From Malacoraja senta (Eukaryota), in contig CM075988.1 of the NCBI GenBank assembly GCA_038087875.1, positions 13,456,001 to 13,520,000 on the forward strand: a DNA stretch of 64,000 nt, written 5' to 3'. This document shows, in pieces, positions 60,149-64,000 of the stretch. A program made the translations under genes and the position numbers. Positions within the stretch are counted from its first letter, which is position 1; the number at the start of each line of letters is the position of its first letter. The notes below the pieces were generated by a model. It searched no databases and was not told the DNA's origin. It saw only the letters and a list, made by a program, of their open reading frames with translations.

Positions 60149-63100
60149 TGCTACGTCATCTCACTCGGCAGACGCCGGGGGAGTTGGGGGGAGGGGTAGG
60201 TAACACTGTGAATGGATCAGACTTGGAGACACAAGAGGCTGTGGATGTGGGAATCTTCAGCAAAACAACAAAGTGCTGGAGGAACTGGAGCAGTATGTGT
60301 GGAGCGAAATGGGCAAATTACTTTTCTGTTTGGGACCCTTCTGAAGCATCCCAACCCAAAACCCCCATCGTCTGACCTACTGCGTTTCTAAGCATGGATC
60401 AAACCTTCAGATCATTTTGAAAAAATCTCCCAGGCATGTAATCCAGTCTCACAGGCCACATTTCGATCTGATGAGATCAACCCCATAATAACCCACTCTG
60501 TGTCACAAACATCAGAATCACCAGATCTAATTGACCTTTACCTGTGGAACAAGGCATTGGGGAAATCTGAATGGGTCAGAATGGTCCTGGTCAAAAAGCC
60601 AGCACTAGCAGGTGTGAAGTGCATCTCGACGCATGTGGTATAATTTTTTAGGTTGTCTGCCGTACATATTCTTTATTTCCAAGGTCATCGGCAACAATAT
60701 TCCGATGAATACATTCCAGCAGGAATCTCCCTTTTTGCCATTCTCTGGGAGCCTATTGCTCACACCCGCCACTGTGCAGAGACGGGTCCTTTTTAGTTTG
60801 GAACAGAATTGTTTTCCACTCATTTATGATCTCCTTCCCCCCCCCCCCCCCCCACCCACTCACACCTGATCTGCACTAATGGCAGCCAGATGTCCCTTCA
60901 TTCCAATGGAGCTCCCAGTTTTGTGAGCCTCTCTTCGTTAGCCGGAGCTCTACGTTTCTGGATTCAGCTTTATTTGCCAATGCCTTTGTACTTGTTATAT
61001 CAGGTGCCTTCAATCTATATCTAGAAATTTGATTGATAACATAAACTGTACACTACTGCTGAACGTAGTCAATAGTTGCTGTTCCTCTCTTCCTGATGCA
61101 CAATATACCGTGTAGTAATAATTAATATTTTCTTGTATCTCTTTTTAATCTGCTTTTGTCTGTGCCTTAATTGTCTGATCATGGCTGTAAAAAGAGCAAG
61201 GAAAACATGTTGGATAACATCACTCTAGGGTAATGAACAAATTAGCAAACATTGGGTAAATGTGCTGATAAATTGGCTCCTATACTTTTCAAATAGTAGC
61301 TAGCCCCATCACAGTGTCACTTTACAGTAAGTAACCCACTGTTCCAGAGTTAGCTCTGTCCTTGCTCAAATGAACATGATCTTTGTGCTTAAACATACTG
61401 CAAAGGCAAATCCAATACATTAGAAATGATGTAGGAATCTTGTTACCACGAAAACAACTGTAAACTGGAAGGCTACTTTTAAACATTCAGCTGATTCCAT
61501 TAATATAAATACATTTCAAATCAATTGGAAAGAAAGATCTTAGTAGAAGCTATAAATGATGCTATGAGTTCTCCAGTTTTCTTCAATTGTTTGGATGAAG
61601 CACTGAAAGCTTGTTGATCTCCATTATCCTTTGTTAGGTTGTTTTCCAGTGATGTCTCTTTGAAAGTTGCAGGTTACGTCAAGTCATGTTTTAACCAGAG
61701 TGATGAAGCGATGTAGCAGAAAGGTGAAAAGTTGGCATTTGATGTTTGTGCCTCGATCTCTGATTTTTCCATATGACAGTGCAACAGTCAATAACAAAAT
61801 CATCTTGACCAATGTATTTTCAAGCACAGATTAGAATCACAAGGTAAAATAGTATCATACTCCGATTTGCCCTTTAAAAAAAAAATCATTAATCAATTTT
61901 CTTAAATTATAAATAGAAATAAATTAAACTGGGTAGCAAACAGCATGTGTTAGATAATTCTACAGAAAGTATAAAAAGAGAGAATTATTCTCTGTACTAA
62001 CAGTTCAAAGAGAATAGAAAAGAAAGTGTCATTTGTCAAGTGCTGAGGATTATGTCCAGTAAAATTGTGCTTCACATTTTTGATTTGATACCACAGCACT
62101 AACTGTAACAGGTTCTGCTGCTCTAGCTGCTTGGGAGGTGTGTAAACTTCAGTCACTGTAATGTCAAACTCTACCCATGGACACATTCCACTTATGGTAC
62201 GAGATGCTAGACTGTCTTCATTATTAGCAGAATTCATCAACAGAGCTGGGGGGTCAATGTAATTAATTTCCTGTCATCCACAGCCCCTTCAGTCAATGTA
62301 AAGCATTTCCAAGATTGTCCTTCAATTGGGATGTTAGAATGCTTCTTCAGGAAGGGGCACCCTGCTACGCAAAACTGATGGACTACAGAAGCTGCTGGCA
62401 GCTTTGGGACCATCTCTTCTGTTGGAAATGAGGTATCAACTAAGGATGGAAATAAGTGTTTTACATATTTATGCTAAATGTTCATAAAATTGTGTCCTAT
62501 CAGAAGATAAGTTTTGAGGGGAGGAATTTGTGATGAATTTTCTTCAGATTGAGTAACATGTTCTGGTCGAACTCAAAATATTCTCTTTGAAGATGAATGC
62601 TGCCACTAAAGCCAGCATTTATTGCTCATTGCTTGTTGCCCTTAGTGACATCAGTCAGAGTCAGCCTTACTCTAAGACTGGGGTCTCGCGCAATTCAGGT
62701 CTCGTACAGACAGAAGGTTCCCTGTTCATTCTGCAGGATATTTTACAATTAATGTCCTTTGAGGTTTTAATTCTATAATTTCCCACCACTACTCTCATGG
62801 ATTTCTGCCCCACACCTATTTCCTTTTGTTTTTTCTTAGTAGGGTATGATTGTAAGCAAGTATGTGCAGACATTTAAATTGATCAGCTTTGGGAGGGACA
62901 AAATTACGTGGAAAATTAACACTCGCACATCTGTCACCATATGAATTCCTGGTCTTCCAATCTACTACGTTGAGGCACTTTCACTTTTTAAATATCTGCA
63001 CATCTTGTAGATGTAACACTATTCTGCATTGTTTTCTCTTTTGCATTACCTGATGATCTCGTGTGGTATGATTTGCCTGGATAACACGCAAGACAGTTTG

Positions 63101-63434
63101 GATTGTATCTAAGTACACATGGTAGTAATAAACCAGTGTCAATACTAATTTCATTTTAGATGATTATTGCTGATGGATGGGTATGATTACAAGAGTTGTT
63201 GTTGATTGTCCCCTAATTAGTAAACATAGACTCGAGTGTTTAAATCTTCATCCTTCCAAGTTAATTCAGTTTAATGCTTTACTGCCTACTGGTGGCCTTG
63301 AGGAGGAGGGCGAGAGGGGAATTCATTTTTACAGTTGCCATTTTTCAGACAGCTTCGTGGAGATCGCAATTCTTTTTTTTTTTTAAATTCTAAACTGTGT
63401 TTTCACTTTTACTTCTCGAAAGTCTAATGAAAAA

Positions 63435-63750
63435 TGTGGCGTGGGAGGACACCAGAACACTGGAGAGCAACCTACGCAGTCACAGGGAGAAAGTGCAAAC
63501 CCCACAGAGAGCAGCAGAGGTCAGGTTTGAACTTTAGTTATGAGATACTGTGCGGAAACAGGCCGCCGACCAGTGATCCCCGCACATTAAGACCAACCTA
63601 CACATGCTAAGGACAATTTATTTACACATACGCCAAGCCAATTAATCTACATGCCTGCATACCTGTGTGGGAGGAAACCGAAGATCTCGGAGAAAACCCA
63701 TGCGGTCATGGGGAGAAGAATGTGCAATGGCTCTACCAGCAGCACCGCTG
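63435..63750 (-). mobile_element. Nested V-SINE fragments
   Basis: Two interleaved minus-strand SINE pieces. Confidence 0.7.
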
Positions 63751-64000
63751 AGAAATGTCTGAGATTTCGGCAATTGGCTAAAAGATTTTGTTAAAACTAT
63801 CTTATTTGTTACATTGACTGAAGAGCTGAGATGTCTTGATCCTCAGTTATGTGTACTGAAGATTTGTCAGTACTAAAATATCCATACTTTTGAATTTGTG
63901 TGCTGTTGAGTTCATGCAGCATATTATTCTGATCATCTTTACTATAACAGCGGAGCTCAGCAAGTTAGTTTAAATGAATTTGTCTTAATACGAGGATACC

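Noticed and set aside
55800..64000. Second gene downstream
   Set aside because: Only short non-homologous ORFs and repeats; no convincing exon chain on either strand, though a neighbour's 3' UTR cannot be excluded.

Overview
Vertebrate genomic DNA, very probably from a cartilaginous fish (ray/skate/shark, inferred from dense HE1-like V-SINEs and CR1-type LINE tails). It contains one complete 19-exon + strand gene for a GH35 beta-galactosidase-1-like protein (GLB1L2-like). The CDS runs 1393..54440 and splices to 1941 nt / 646 aa, with an N-terminal signal-anchor and both catalytic Glu motifs (QVENEYG, MEYW); it has a CCAAT/GC-box promoter at ~1160-1320 and a likely ATTAAA poly(A) signal at 55019. 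The introns are full of transposons: a decayed IR-DR Tc1 element, CR1, L2 and Rex1/Babar fragments, and ~15 V-SINEs. The most striking element is a very young head-to-tail array of Neptune-type Penelope-like retroelements (RT + GIY-YIG, unit ~4.14 kb, ~14-bp target duplication) filling 9.4 kb of intron 5. Each unit junction carries a minimal hammerhead-ribozyme-like motif (CTGAAGA-A-GGGT[TTCG]GCCC-GAAACGTT). The same motif recurs in ~20 short dispersed, often palindromic, TSD-flanked inserts, pointing to an autonomous plus non-autonomous ribozyme-bearing retroelement system. A 200-N assembly gap lies inside the array. Repeat boundaries were read by eye and are approximate.
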